Positions 29,062-37,224 of a stretch of 64,000 nt of DNA are shown piece by piece. The stretch spans positions 8,536 to 72,535 of the forward strand of contig JAEZJQ010000016.1 in assembly GCA_023436305.1 (NCBI GenBank), given 5' to 3'. The first letter of the stretch is position 1; each line of letters starts with the position of its first letter. A program made the translations under genes and the position numbers. The notes under the pieces were generated by a model. The model saw only the letters and a list, made by a program, of their open reading frames with translations, was not told the origin of the DNA and ran no database searches. The stretch is from Bacillota bacterium (GTDB lineage: Bacteria > Bacillota > UBA4882 > UBA8346).

Positions 29062-29247
29062 CAAAGCTCCTTTTGTCCTATGATCTTTATTCGATAGAAT
29101 ACTCAATTTCATAGAACTTGAGAATTTAATAAAAAAAATGCACGGAAAATCAACGCGCAAAAAGAAATATCAACCGTTGAATCCTGCAAATCCGGTTCAA
29201 GTTAATCATAGATCAGTTCGTGAATGGTCAATTTGTTGTGAGTTGGC

Positions 29248-29697
29248 TCATAAATGGGTTAGCTCATATCGCAATTTTCGAAAATTTACCAGGCTTTGTT
29301 CACTTTTATACTGGGTCCGGATACCCTGCGTCACTAAAAATATGGTGGAATTATTGCGGTGAATTTCACTTATTTCAATATCGATCACTGCCATATTGAG
29401 ATCGAAATCCATATGATTATGCACGATTTGGGCGGTACCTTTAATACAAGCGGCGATATCACCCTCATTTATCACCGCCAAAGCTACATTGCCATTTTCA
29501 ATGATATTGGCATAGGTCTGGTGATCTTTACAAATCGCAATTCGTAAATGTTTGGCATTCGGAGCAACAATACAATTAAAGGGAGCGGTATTGGGATGAT
29601 GCTCCTTATCGTTGGTGGCGAGAATTGCTGTATTAATCCTGCTTTCAAAGAGATACTTTAAGGCCGGGTTCAATTCGGTCCCTTGAAAAACAGCCAT
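29248..29697 (-). CDS. PNPOx/FMN-binding split-barrel-like protein
   Basis: Pattern INTAILATNDKEHHPNTAPF...LRIAI...HQTYANIIENGNVALAV resembles pyridoxamine 5'-phosphate oxidase-related FMN-binding proteins. Weak call. Confidence 0.45.
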   Translation of the reverse strand: MAVFQGTELNPALKYLFESRINTAILATNDKEHHPNTAPFNCIVAPNAKHLRIAICKDHQTYANIIENGNVALAVINEGDIAACIKGTAQIVHNHMDFDLNMAVIDIEISEIHRNNSTIFLVTQGIRTQYKSEQSLVNFRKLRYELTHL

Positions 29698-29807
29698 TGG
29701 CTCACCCCATTTTTACGAAACGAAATTTCAGCTTTACATTATTCGGTATAGAGATATTCATTTTAAAATATGGGGTTTTGTATGATTTTAGAACCAGTAA
29801 AAAGTTG

Positions 29808-30071
29808 TCAAATTCCATTTCTTTCTAAATAGGAAGCCACCAATTCTTCCAAGATCTGATCTCTTTCCAACCGTTTAATAAGAACGCGGGCATTACGGTA
29901 ACTGGTGATATACGTAGGATCACCGGAGAGTAAATAGCCCACTATCTGGTCCAATGGATCATACCCTTTTTCCTTTAAGGCTAAGCAAACTTCCCGTAAT
30001 ACAAAACCAACTTCGGTGAAATTTTCATCTTTGGCCGAAAAGCGCCTAGTAACTTCGGTTGGATCCGTCAT
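29808..30071 (-). CDS. ireB: IreB-family regulatory phosphoprotein (UPF0297)
   Basis: 87 aa, [38 protein letters not shown] is the UPF0297/IreB signature. Confidence 0.85.
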   Translation of the reverse strand: MTDPTEVTRRFSAKDENFTEVGFVLREVCLALKEKGYDPLDQIVGYLLSGDPTYITSYRNARVLIKRLERDQILEELVASYLERNGI

Positions 30072-30342
30072 TTTAATTCACCTCAAGTATTTAAAGTAAT
30101 CCCCACTCACTCTTATTTGGGTAACTCAATTACAACCGGCTAAACAACCGGGAGGCAAACCCGAGGCAACGATTAAGCTACGCGTGCGTGCGCGATGTTT
30201 TCGGCTGAAGCCGAGGGTTTGAATCCCGTAGTTGAAAGAATCATGAAAACTACCGTAAGTATACCCAATATTTTAACCGAATACCATCTTGCGGTAAAAG
30301 CAAGCCGAAACTAAATTGTTAAGCATCCTGCGTGTATTTCGA

Positions 30343-30433
30343 GTTGATAGCAATGCCTTTATGCTAATGTATACCTTCATGCCAAAGCACGCCTTCATGC
30401 TAAAGCATGCCTTTCATGCTAAAGCATGCCTTC
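30343..30433. repeat. Tandem array of an 18-19-bp unit (consensus ATGCTAAAGCATGCCTTC)
   Basis: Units by eye: 30361-30378 atgctaatgtataccttc, 30379-30396 atgccaaagcacgccttc, 30397-30415 atgctaaagcatgcctttc, 30416-30433 atgctaaagcatgccttc, plus a degenerate unit at 30343-30360. Each unit contains CATGC-TAAA-GCATG. Confidence 0.8.
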
Positions 30434-30492
30434 GCAGCAGCCTTCTAATACGTTTACTCCAACGAAAAGAGTGGATAAATATGCTGGTAGCT

Positions 30493-30912
30493 TTAACCTA
30501 CGATATCATCTTTCCGTAAAGCCAGATTGATGTCAATCATGCCAAACGGAGTGTTAATTGGTATGGCTAGTGCCGTGTGAATATGCTTTAAAAATTCAGG
30601 AATAACCCCTTCCATTAAAAACAACGGCGGCGTAATCTGACAGCGATACCCGGTTAATGACAGATTTGTGCTGGCGGTTCCCACAATAATGTTTTTCAAC
30701 TCGCAGATGGCGCTTTCACCCATGCGGTCAATTTCTTGAACCGGAGAACCCATCATTTGTGAAATAATTTTCTTCGCTGTATCCGTATTCATACCACAGA
30801 TTACCTGGCCCTGTAAATCTCCTAAAACACCCACCAAAACACATACCTCGTATTTTTCCAATGGTTCGTCGTTAAAAAAAGGTTTACCGGATTCCACGTT
30901 GGGATTAAGCAT
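30493..30912 (-). CDS. CheX/CheC-like chemotaxis phosphatase family protein
   Basis: GESAICELKNIIVGTAS matches the CheC/CheX active-site block. The reading frame stays open and CheX-like upstream of the first ATG (see findings). Confidence 0.7.
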   Translation of the reverse strand: MLNPNVESGKPFFNDEPLEKYEVCVLVGVLGDLQGQVICGMNTDTAKKIISQMMGSPVQEIDRMGESAICELKNIIVGTASTNLSLTGYRCQITPPLFLMEGVIPEFLKHIHTALAIPINTPFGMIDINLALRKDDIVG

Positions 30913-31008
30913 TGTTTCAATAACGGAATAAGCCGCTTTAACAAATGAATCAATATGTTGGAAAGACAGTTTGATTACCCCCTTTTCGAATTCTCGAAAA
31001 TTTTATGA

Positions 31009-31659
31009 TTAATTATTGACAACACGTTTAAGTTTGGCAATCACCGTCTGGGGTTCCGGATCATTAAAAATAAGGGTACCGGCAACGATGACGTTTACAC
31101 CTGCCTCGGTTAAAACCATAATATTATCCCAATTCACACCGCCATCCACTTCAATTTTACAAGAAAGCCGACGTTCTTCAATCATTCGCCGTAATTCCTT
31201 AATTTTAGGAATGACCCCCGGGATGAGAGCTTGGCCGCCGAATCCTGGATTAACGGTCATCAAAAGCACCAAATCAATATCCTCCAAAATATACTCCAGA
31301 CAATTTAATGGCGTCGCCGGATTTAACGATACTCCAACTTGGCAACCCTGTTCCTTAATCATCTGAATTAACCGGTGCAAATGGGGCGAAGTTTCCGTAT
31401 GAATAATGATTCGTTTACTGCCCCCGTTTATATATAAAGGAATGAAACGCTCCGGACACTCCACCATTAAATGGGCTTCAATCGGTAGTGGAGTTATCTG
31501 TTTTAAGGCTGAAACAAACATGGGGCCAAAGGTCAAATTAGGTACAAAATGGCCATCCATCACATCAAAATGGAGCCAATCCGCTTCTTTAATCTTTTGA
31601 ACTTCCGAACCCAAATGAGTGAGATCTGAATTTAAAATTGAAGCCGCAATTTCTATCAT
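31009..31659 (-). CDS. rpe: Ribulose-phosphate 3-epimerase
   Basis: IAASILNSDL...HFDVMDGHFVPN...MTVNPGFGGQ. Start at ATG 31659 after an AGGGAG RBS. Confidence 0.92.
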   Translation of the reverse strand: MIEIAASILNSDLTHLGSEVQKIKEADWLHFDVMDGHFVPNLTFGPMFVSALKQITPLPIEAHLMVECPERFIPLYINGGSKRIIIHTETSPHLHRLIQMIKEQGCQVGVSLNPATPLNCLEYILEDIDLVLLMTVNPGFGGQALIPGVIPKIKELRRMIEERRLSCKIEVDGGVNWDNIMVLTEAGVNVIVAGTLIFNDPEPQTVIAKLKRVVNN

Positions 31660-31670
31660 TAGAAATCTCC

Positions 31671-32633
31671 CTATCGATAACGGTTTTCCCAAGCATCTCG
31701 AATCTCAATGAGTAAATCCAAATAACACTGATATCGTTTGGGGCTTATTTGACCATTTGAAACCGCTGTTTTAATCGCACAACCAGGTTCGGACTGGTGT
31801 AAACAGGTTTTAAACTTACACGAATTTAAATAGACTTCAAAATCAGGAAAACTGCTTGCCAATTCCATGGGTTTTATAAAGTCCAATGAAATCTGCGAAA
31901 ATCCGGGCGTATCGGCGATAAAACTTTCCGGCTTAATCTGTAAAAGCTGCACTTCCCGGGTGGTATGTTTCCCCCGGCTGATTTTTTCACTCAAATTCCC
32001 GGTTTGAAGTTGATACCCAGGGGCAACCATATTCACCAGAGCTGATTTCCCCACTCCGGAAGGGCCGGCCAAAACCGCCACTTTCTGGGCAAGCGCTTTT
32101 TGTAAAGTGCGCTTACCAACATGAGTGACCACGCTGGTGCATAAAACCTGATAACCATAATTCCGGTAAGTTTCCACCAACCGATTGGCTTCACTTTTAC
32201 TAGCCAAATCGGTTTTATTAAATACAATCATATAAGGAACCCCGCTTGTTTCTGCCAGAACTAAAAATTTGGCCATTAAATACTCGTTGGGATCAGGGTT
32301 CCGGTGCGCAAACACGAGCACAATCAGATCAACATTAGCGATATAAGGACGTTTTAAGACTGTCTTCCTCGGTATAATTCCGATGATTACTCCAGACCCA
32401 TCCACCATCGAGTATTCAACCTTATCACCGACGAAGATACCTTCCGAACCCAATTTAAGTTTGCCACGAATCGAACACTCCAGGGTTTTCCCCTTGCGCA
32501 CGGAATTTCTTCGGTTTTGGTCCGGTACGCTAGTGCAATCATCACAAGGTTCGATATAAAAGAAACCTCCTATTGCTCTAATGACTCTTCCAATCGGCAA
32601 ACTACGAATCCTCCCAAAGTCACCTTGGCGCAA
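31671..32633 (-). CDS. rsgA: Ribosome small-subunit-dependent GTPase A
   Basis: Circularly permuted GTPase: NKTDL...GPSGVGKSAL...DTPGF. C-terminal Zn cluster CKFKTCLHQSEPGC. Confidence 0.9.
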   Translation of the reverse strand: MRQGDFGRIRSLPIGRVIRAIGGFFYIEPCDDCTSVPDQNRRNSVRKGKTLECSIRGKLKLGSEGIFVGDKVEYSMVDGSGVIIGIIPRKTVLKRPYIANVDLIVLVFAHRNPDPNEYLMAKFLVLAETSGVPYMIVFNKTDLASKSEANRLVETYRNYGYQVLCTSVVTHVGKRTLQKALAQKVAVLAGPSGVGKSALVNMVAPGYQLQTGNLSEKISRGKHTTREVQLLQIKPESFIADTPGFSQISLDFIKPMELASSFPDFEVYLNSCKFKTCLHQSEPGCAIKTAVSNGQISPKRYQCYLDLLIEIRDAWENRYR

Positions 32634-32644
32634 CCAAGACGTAA

Positions 32645-34300
32645 TTATTTGTGATTCGGCCCGGAACTTACAAAGAAAGTCATCGCCGTTCCCTGCGGAA
32701 CTCTGAAAGAAGGCGCCGGGTCCTGATTGGTGATGGTTCCTGAAGGGTATATGTCATCCGGGGCAGAAACCGCCTTATTAAAAGATAGTCCTAAAGTGCC
32801 TAATTCCGCCCGAACCTCAGTCAATGTTCTTCCGATAAAGTTAGGGACTTGCACTAAATTTCCGGTCATTACATTAATCGTTATGGTAACACTGGATCCC
32901 CGTTGAATTTGAGCACCCGTCTCCGGGAGTTGTTTGATCACGGTCCCTTCGGTGGCAGTCGGATTATTGCCGGTTAAAATCCCTCCGAGTTTCAAGCCAA
33001 CTTCCTCCAGGGTTAATTCGGCCTCTAGTTGAGTTTTTCCAATTAAATCAGGAATTTTAACCAATTCCGGTCCCTTGCTGACCACCACTTCCACTTCAGC
33101 TTGACTCTTTTTTTTCTGGCCAGCCGCAGGTTTTTGGGATATAACTACCCCCGCGGGATACTCCGGATTATAAAGATTATATACGATCCTGATCCGTAGT
33201 TTATTGGTTTTTAAAATCTCCCGGGCTTCGGAAAGTTCCTTTCCTATCAAATCAGGAACAATAACTTCTGGCCGGGGTGGTGTAAAGACATTTAGCGCAT
33301 ATAATGTTAAAACGATTAAAAAGACCAAGGTGATTCCAATCGATCCCAAAGTCCAATAAAGCAAACTTCTTTTATTGGAAGATATGGGCTCACCTTTATG
33401 TTTGTGAACCCTTTTCCATACTTGTGTCGGTTCATTGGCTTCATCGTACCCTTGATTATCCTCATAATACTTTTCAGGACGCGATTGGCCCCGGGCTAGA
33501 TCAATATCTTTCAATAATGCTAAAGCGGAACTGTATCGATCCGTCAGGTTTTTGGCAGTGGCCCTTTTTACAATATTATCAACTTCCAAGGAGATTTCCG
33601 GCCGTACTTTCAGCAACGGCACAAATTCCCCCTGAAGGTGCTGAAAGGCAATGGAAATCGGAGTATCTCCCGTAAAAGGAACCGATCCGGTTAGCAACTC
33701 ATATAAAACACAACCCAACGAATATAAATCGGATTGAGGACCTACCGCGCCACCTCTCGCTTGCTCCGGCGACAAATACTGAACTGAACCCATCACTTCG
33801 CCGGTCTGAGTTAAAGAACCGGCGCTAACAGCCCTGGCAATCCCGAAATCCGTTACTTTGATACGGCCGTCGGGGGTCACCAAAATATTATGCGGCTTAA
33901 TATCACGGTGAATAATATTCCGTTGATGGGCATGATTTAACGCTTCAGCGATTTGACGGGTGATATTTAAAGCCCGGTCCACGGATAACGGAGCTTCATG
34001 CTTTATGATATCTTTCAAAGTGCTTCCAGGAATATATTCCATTACAATATAATCCAAGCCTTCATCCTGTCCCACATCGTAGATACTGACTACATTTGGA
34101 TGAGACAGGCTGGCGGCCGAACGGGCTTCACGCCTGAATCGTTCTACAAATTCAGCATCACTGGCAAATTGAGGGCGTAAAATTTTTATGGCAACAATGC
34201 GGCATAATAAAGAACACTCCGCTTTATAAACTAAAGCCATTCCGCCTTCACCAATTAATTCCAATAACCGATACCGATTCCCTAAAATTTTGCCAATCAC
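32645..34300 (-). CDS. prkC: Ser/Thr protein kinase with PASTA repeats
   Basis: Hanks kinase motifs (GEGGMALVYKA, HRDIKPHN, DFG, SPE), a TM segment, then three PASTA-like repeats (VPDLIGK..., IPDLIGK..., VPNFIGR...). Confidence 0.92.
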   Translation of the reverse strand: MIGKILGNRYRLLELIGEGGMALVYKAECSLLCRIVAIKILRPQFASDAEFVERFRREARSAASLSHPNVVSIYDVGQDEGLDYIVMEYIPGSTLKDIIKHEAPLSVDRALNITRQIAEALNHAHQRNIIHRDIKPHNILVTPDGRIKVTDFGIARAVSAGSLTQTGEVMGSVQYLSPEQARGGAVGPQSDLYSLGCVLYELLTGSVPFTGDTPISIAFQHLQGEFVPLLKVRPEISLEVDNIVKRATAKNLTDRYSSALALLKDIDLARGQSRPEKYYEDNQGYDEANEPTQVWKRVHKHKGEPISSNKRSLLYWTLGSIGITLVFLIVLTLYALNVFTPPRPEVIVPDLIGKELSEAREILKTNKLRIRIVYNLYNPEYPAGVVISQKPAAGQKKKSQAEVEVVVSKGPELVKIPDLIGKTQLEAELTLEEVGLKLGGILTGNNPTATEGTVIKQLPETGAQIQRGSSVTITINVMTGNLVQVPNFIGRTLTEVRAELGTLGLSFNKAVSAPDDIYPSGTITNQDPAPSFRVPQGTAMTFFVSSGPNHK

Positions 34301-34361
34301 TTTTTCACCTCAGTTCCCCGGCAGTCAATAGATTCTTCGCCACAATCTCAGCGAAATCCTC

Positions 34362-35057
34362 CTATATTTCTATTAATATCACGGTAATATTATCGGTGCC
34401 CCCAGCGTCGTTGGCCAGTGCCACCAAGTTATCCACAATCGTTTGTGGTTCATCGTCCGCCGAAATTTCTTTGAAAATCTGCGGTTCTTCTAATAAACCG
34501 CACAAACCGTCACTGCACAACAAAAATTTATCCCCATTAAGAGCTGGAACTTGACTTATCTCTAATTCCGGCATTACATCCGTTCCCAAAGCACGGGTTA
34601 ATATATTCCGCTGGGGATGATTTTTGGCTTCAGCTTCCGTCAAACCGCCACTTTTAACCAATTCAGCCACCAAGGAGTGATCACCTGTAAGCTGCAGCAA
34701 CGAGCCATTGGAATAACGATAAATACGGCTGTCCCCGATATGAGAATAATAAGCCTGATTTTCATGAAAATATAGGATGGCGACAGTGGTTCCCATTCCA
34801 TATTGACCGGGATTTTGTTCCACAGAGTCTAAGATTGCCTGATTGGCTTGATAAACCGCTTCCCTCAAAGTTTGAGCCGGTGAATTGTTACTAAAGTCCA
34901 TGGCCAGAATGGTTTGAACCGCTATGGCACTAGCGATTTCACCGGCCTGGTGCCCACCCATACCATCCGCCAATACGAATAGTTTATCATGATACCCATA
35001 GGCGTCTTCATTTTGTTCCCGAACTTTCCCTTGATCGGTTTTCGCCCCTATTTTCAT
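34362..35057 (-). CDS. prpC: PP2C-family Ser/Thr phosphatase
   Basis: NEDAYG...LADGMGGH...DNITVILIE. Start at ATG 35057 after an AAGGAG RBS. Confidence 0.9.
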   Translation of the reverse strand: MKIGAKTDQGKVREQNEDAYGYHDKLFVLADGMGGHQAGEIASAIAVQTILAMDFSNNSPAQTLREAVYQANQAILDSVEQNPGQYGMGTTVAILYFHENQAYYSHIGDSRIYRYSNGSLLQLTGDHSLVAELVKSGGLTEAEAKNHPQRNILTRALGTDVMPELEISQVPALNGDKFLLCSDGLCGLLEEPQIFKEISADDEPQTIVDNLVALANDAGGTDNITVILIEI

Positions 35058-35189
35058 TTGCCGCACTCCTTTTAAAAACATTCAACAAAGTTGAATGTTA
35101 AAGGTTAAAAGTTAAAGGTGAAAGTTAGTGATTAAAAAAATTTAACCTTAAACTTTTAGCTTTTGTTTAATCCTTGCAATTGTCAACTT

Positions 35190-36242
35190 TTATCCTTTAC
35201 TTAAATCTACCCATTTTCCTTGAAGCTGTCCGCAAGCCGCCGCTAAATTGGAGCCCCGTTCTTTTCGAATAGTGGTTTCAATACCCGTCCGATTGAGTGA
35301 AGCCGCGAACTCTTTTATTCGCTGCGGTGTGGAACGCTCAAAATTGGAAGCGGGAATTGGATTATAGGGGATTAAGTTGATGTGGTACAGCACCCTGGAA
35401 CGTTCTCCCAACTCGGCGAAGCAAGCGATCAGATTGTGAAGATCCATCGCTCGATCATTGACATTTTTAATTAATGCATATTCAAAAGTCAAACGCCGCC
35501 CGGTCCTGTCCGTATATTCCCGGCAAGCTTTAAATAGTTCTTTAAGAGGGTAACTTTTATTAATCGGCATTAATTGATTGCGCAATTCATCATCCGCCGC
35601 ATGCAAAGAAATTGCCAAATTGACCTGTAAAGATTCTCCGGCCAATTGATAAATCTTGGGAATCAATCCACAAGTGGAAATGGTGATATGTCTGGCGCCA
35701 ATTCCTAAACCATGGGGATCATTAATAATCCGGATCGCTTTCATAAGCGCTTCATAATTGGCTAACGGTTCTCCTTGACCCATGGCCACCAAATTATTGA
35801 TATTAGTTCCCGTAATTCTTCCGGCTGATAATACCTGATCAATAATTTCCGACACTGAAAGGTTCCGGGATAATCCAGTTTGGCCGGTGGCGCAAAATAT
35901 ACAACCCATCCCGCACCCTACCTGGGTGGAAAAGCAGACCGTATTCCGATCCGTTTCAGGTATATAAACACTTTCGACGGTGTGGCCATCGTCTAATTCG
36001 AACAAATACTTTACAGTGTGGTCCGGGGCAGCAGCCTGGTTAACCAATGTAAGACAACCCAAAGAAACACCGTGTTCACTAAAAAAATGCCGTAAACTTT
36101 TAGGCAAGTTGGTCATCTCTTCCCAACTGCATACTTTTTGTTGATATAACCATTCAAAGATTTGGGTGGCCCGGAATTTTGGTAAATTAAGTGAACCCAA
36201 GTAATCCTGGAGTTCCACTATGGTTAAACCCTTAATATTCAA
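35190..36242 (-). CDS. rlmN: 23S rRNA/tRNA (adenine-C2)-methyltransferase, radical SAM
   Basis: CFSTQVGCGMGCIFCATG radical-SAM cluster, C-terminal ...ACGQL. Confidence 0.93.
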   Translation of the reverse strand: MNIKGLTIVELQDYLGSLNLPKFRATQIFEWLYQQKVCSWEEMTNLPKSLRHFFSEHGVSLGCLTLVNQAAAPDHTVKYLFELDDGHTVESVYIPETDRNTVCFSTQVGCGMGCIFCATGQTGLSRNLSVSEIIDQVLSAGRITGTNINNLVAMGQGEPLANYEALMKAIRIINDPHGLGIGARHITISTCGLIPKIYQLAGESLQVNLAISLHAADDELRNQLMPINKSYPLKELFKACREYTDRTGRRLTFEYALIKNVNDRAMDLHNLIACFAELGERSRVLYHINLIPYNPIPASNFERSTPQRIKEFAASLNRTGIETTIRKERGSNLAAACGQLQGKWVDLSKG

Positions 36243-36264
36243 AGATTGTTCTCCGCATTTTCTA

Positions 36265-37059
36265 TCATACCACTTTACATTCCAAACGTAATTTATCGGC
36301 GATTTTGGCTATAAACGAAGCAGTTGTGGGAAATCGGCCCTTTTGGCTGTCAAAACCGAAAAACTCGTCGATAAATTCCGAATTTCCGCGTTCCCAACCA
36401 ACCTCTATGGTATGCCGGATGGCCGATTCCACTCCACTGGCGGTGGAATGATATTTTTCCGCGATCCGGGGATAAAGGTTCTTGGTGATATTGCCCAAAA
36501 CTTCTACTTCTTGTGTGGCAATGATAATGGCCTCCCGTAAATAGGAATAACCCCGAAAATGGGCGGGTATTCCCATTTCGTGAAATAAGCGGCTAACTTC
36601 CAACTCCAGTTGATTCACGGTCTTTTCACGGCGGTTATTATTGGTGGTGGTATATGTATACGTTTCTTCTTTAATTTTCCGAGATTGCGTCCGGCCTGAA
36701 AATTGCCGGATCCTGTCAAACAATGTCGAAGCGTCAAAAGGTTTGACCATGTAATAGGCGGCCCCAAGGCTGGTGAGTCTTTGAATCATCGATTCTTGTT
36801 CGAAGGCTGTAAGTACGATGACAATTGGCCGCTCACCAAACTCGGCCAGCCGTTCCAAAACACCAATGCCATCCAAATAAGGCATGGTAATATCTAAGAT
36901 TAAAACATCCGGTTTACATTTCTCAATCACCTGAAGGGCTTCAATTCCATCATAGGCAACCCCGGATAATTCCATATCTTCCTGCAAACCAATCAACTCG
37001 GATAAATTATCGCAAAGTTCACGGTTATTATCAGCAATCACAATCTTTATTTTTTGCAT
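36265..37059 (-). CDS. spo0A: Sporulation master regulator Spo0A
   Basis: Receiver domain (IVIADNN...DVLILDITMPYLDG) plus the Spo0A-specific C-terminal domain (GIPAHFRGYSYLREAI...ITKNLYPRIAEKYHSTASGVESAIRHTIEV). Start at ATG 37059 after a G-rich RBS. Confidence 0.93.
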   Translation of the reverse strand: MQKIKIVIADNNRELCDNLSELIGLQEDMELSGVAYDGIEALQVIEKCKPDVLILDITMPYLDGIGVLERLAEFGERPIVIVLTAFEQESMIQRLTSLGAAYYMVKPFDASTLFDRIRQFSGRTQSRKIKEETYTYTTTNNNRREKTVNQLELEVSRLFHEMGIPAHFRGYSYLREAIIIATQEVEVLGNITKNLYPRIAEKYHSTASGVESAIRHTIEVGWERGNSEFIDEFFGFDSQKGRFPTTASFIAKIADKLRLECKVV

Positions 37060-37105
37060 ATAACCCCCCCCTAAAAATTTGAAATTATTAAATCTATTTT
37101 CTATT

Positions 37106-37112
37106 TTCGACA
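37106..37112 (-). promoter_or_regulatory. Candidate 0A box (TGTCGAA) upstream of spo0A
   Basis: Exact TGTCGAA on the minus strand, 47-53 nt upstream of the spo0A ATG. An AGGAATT-N14-CGAAAAT sigma-H-like arrangement overlaps it. Confidence 0.4.
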
Positions 37113-37224
37113 GGTGAACTGCCAATTCCTCTTTATCGAAAGCCGGGGAGATCGAAGACTAATCTTACACCATCGTTAAAAAAGTAAAATTTACGAAAAT
37201 TTAATTTAAAAAATAAAAAAAAAT

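Noticed and set aside
30215-30227. GGGTTTGAATCCC resembles a tRNA T-arm and T-loop.
   Set aside because: Only 3 bp of T-stem can pair, and I could not build acceptor, D or anticodon arms of proper geometry on either strand.
30316-30519. A 67-aa plus-strand ORF with the repetitive peptide AFMLMYTFMPKHAFMLKHAF.
   Set aside because: It is simply the translation of the 18-bp tandem repeat. It has no RBS and runs antisense into the end of the cheX-like gene.
37060-37125. The track's N-terminal extensions of Spo0A (also murC 21986-22084, paralog 3 at 29062-29160, HD-GYP 53444-53593, rpe 31660-31692 and prpC 35058-35081).
   Set aside because: The extensions lack family-typical sequence. An internal ATG preceded by a good Shine-Dalgarno sequence matches the canonical N-terminus in each case. 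The HD-GYP extension would also overlap dtd by 59 nt.
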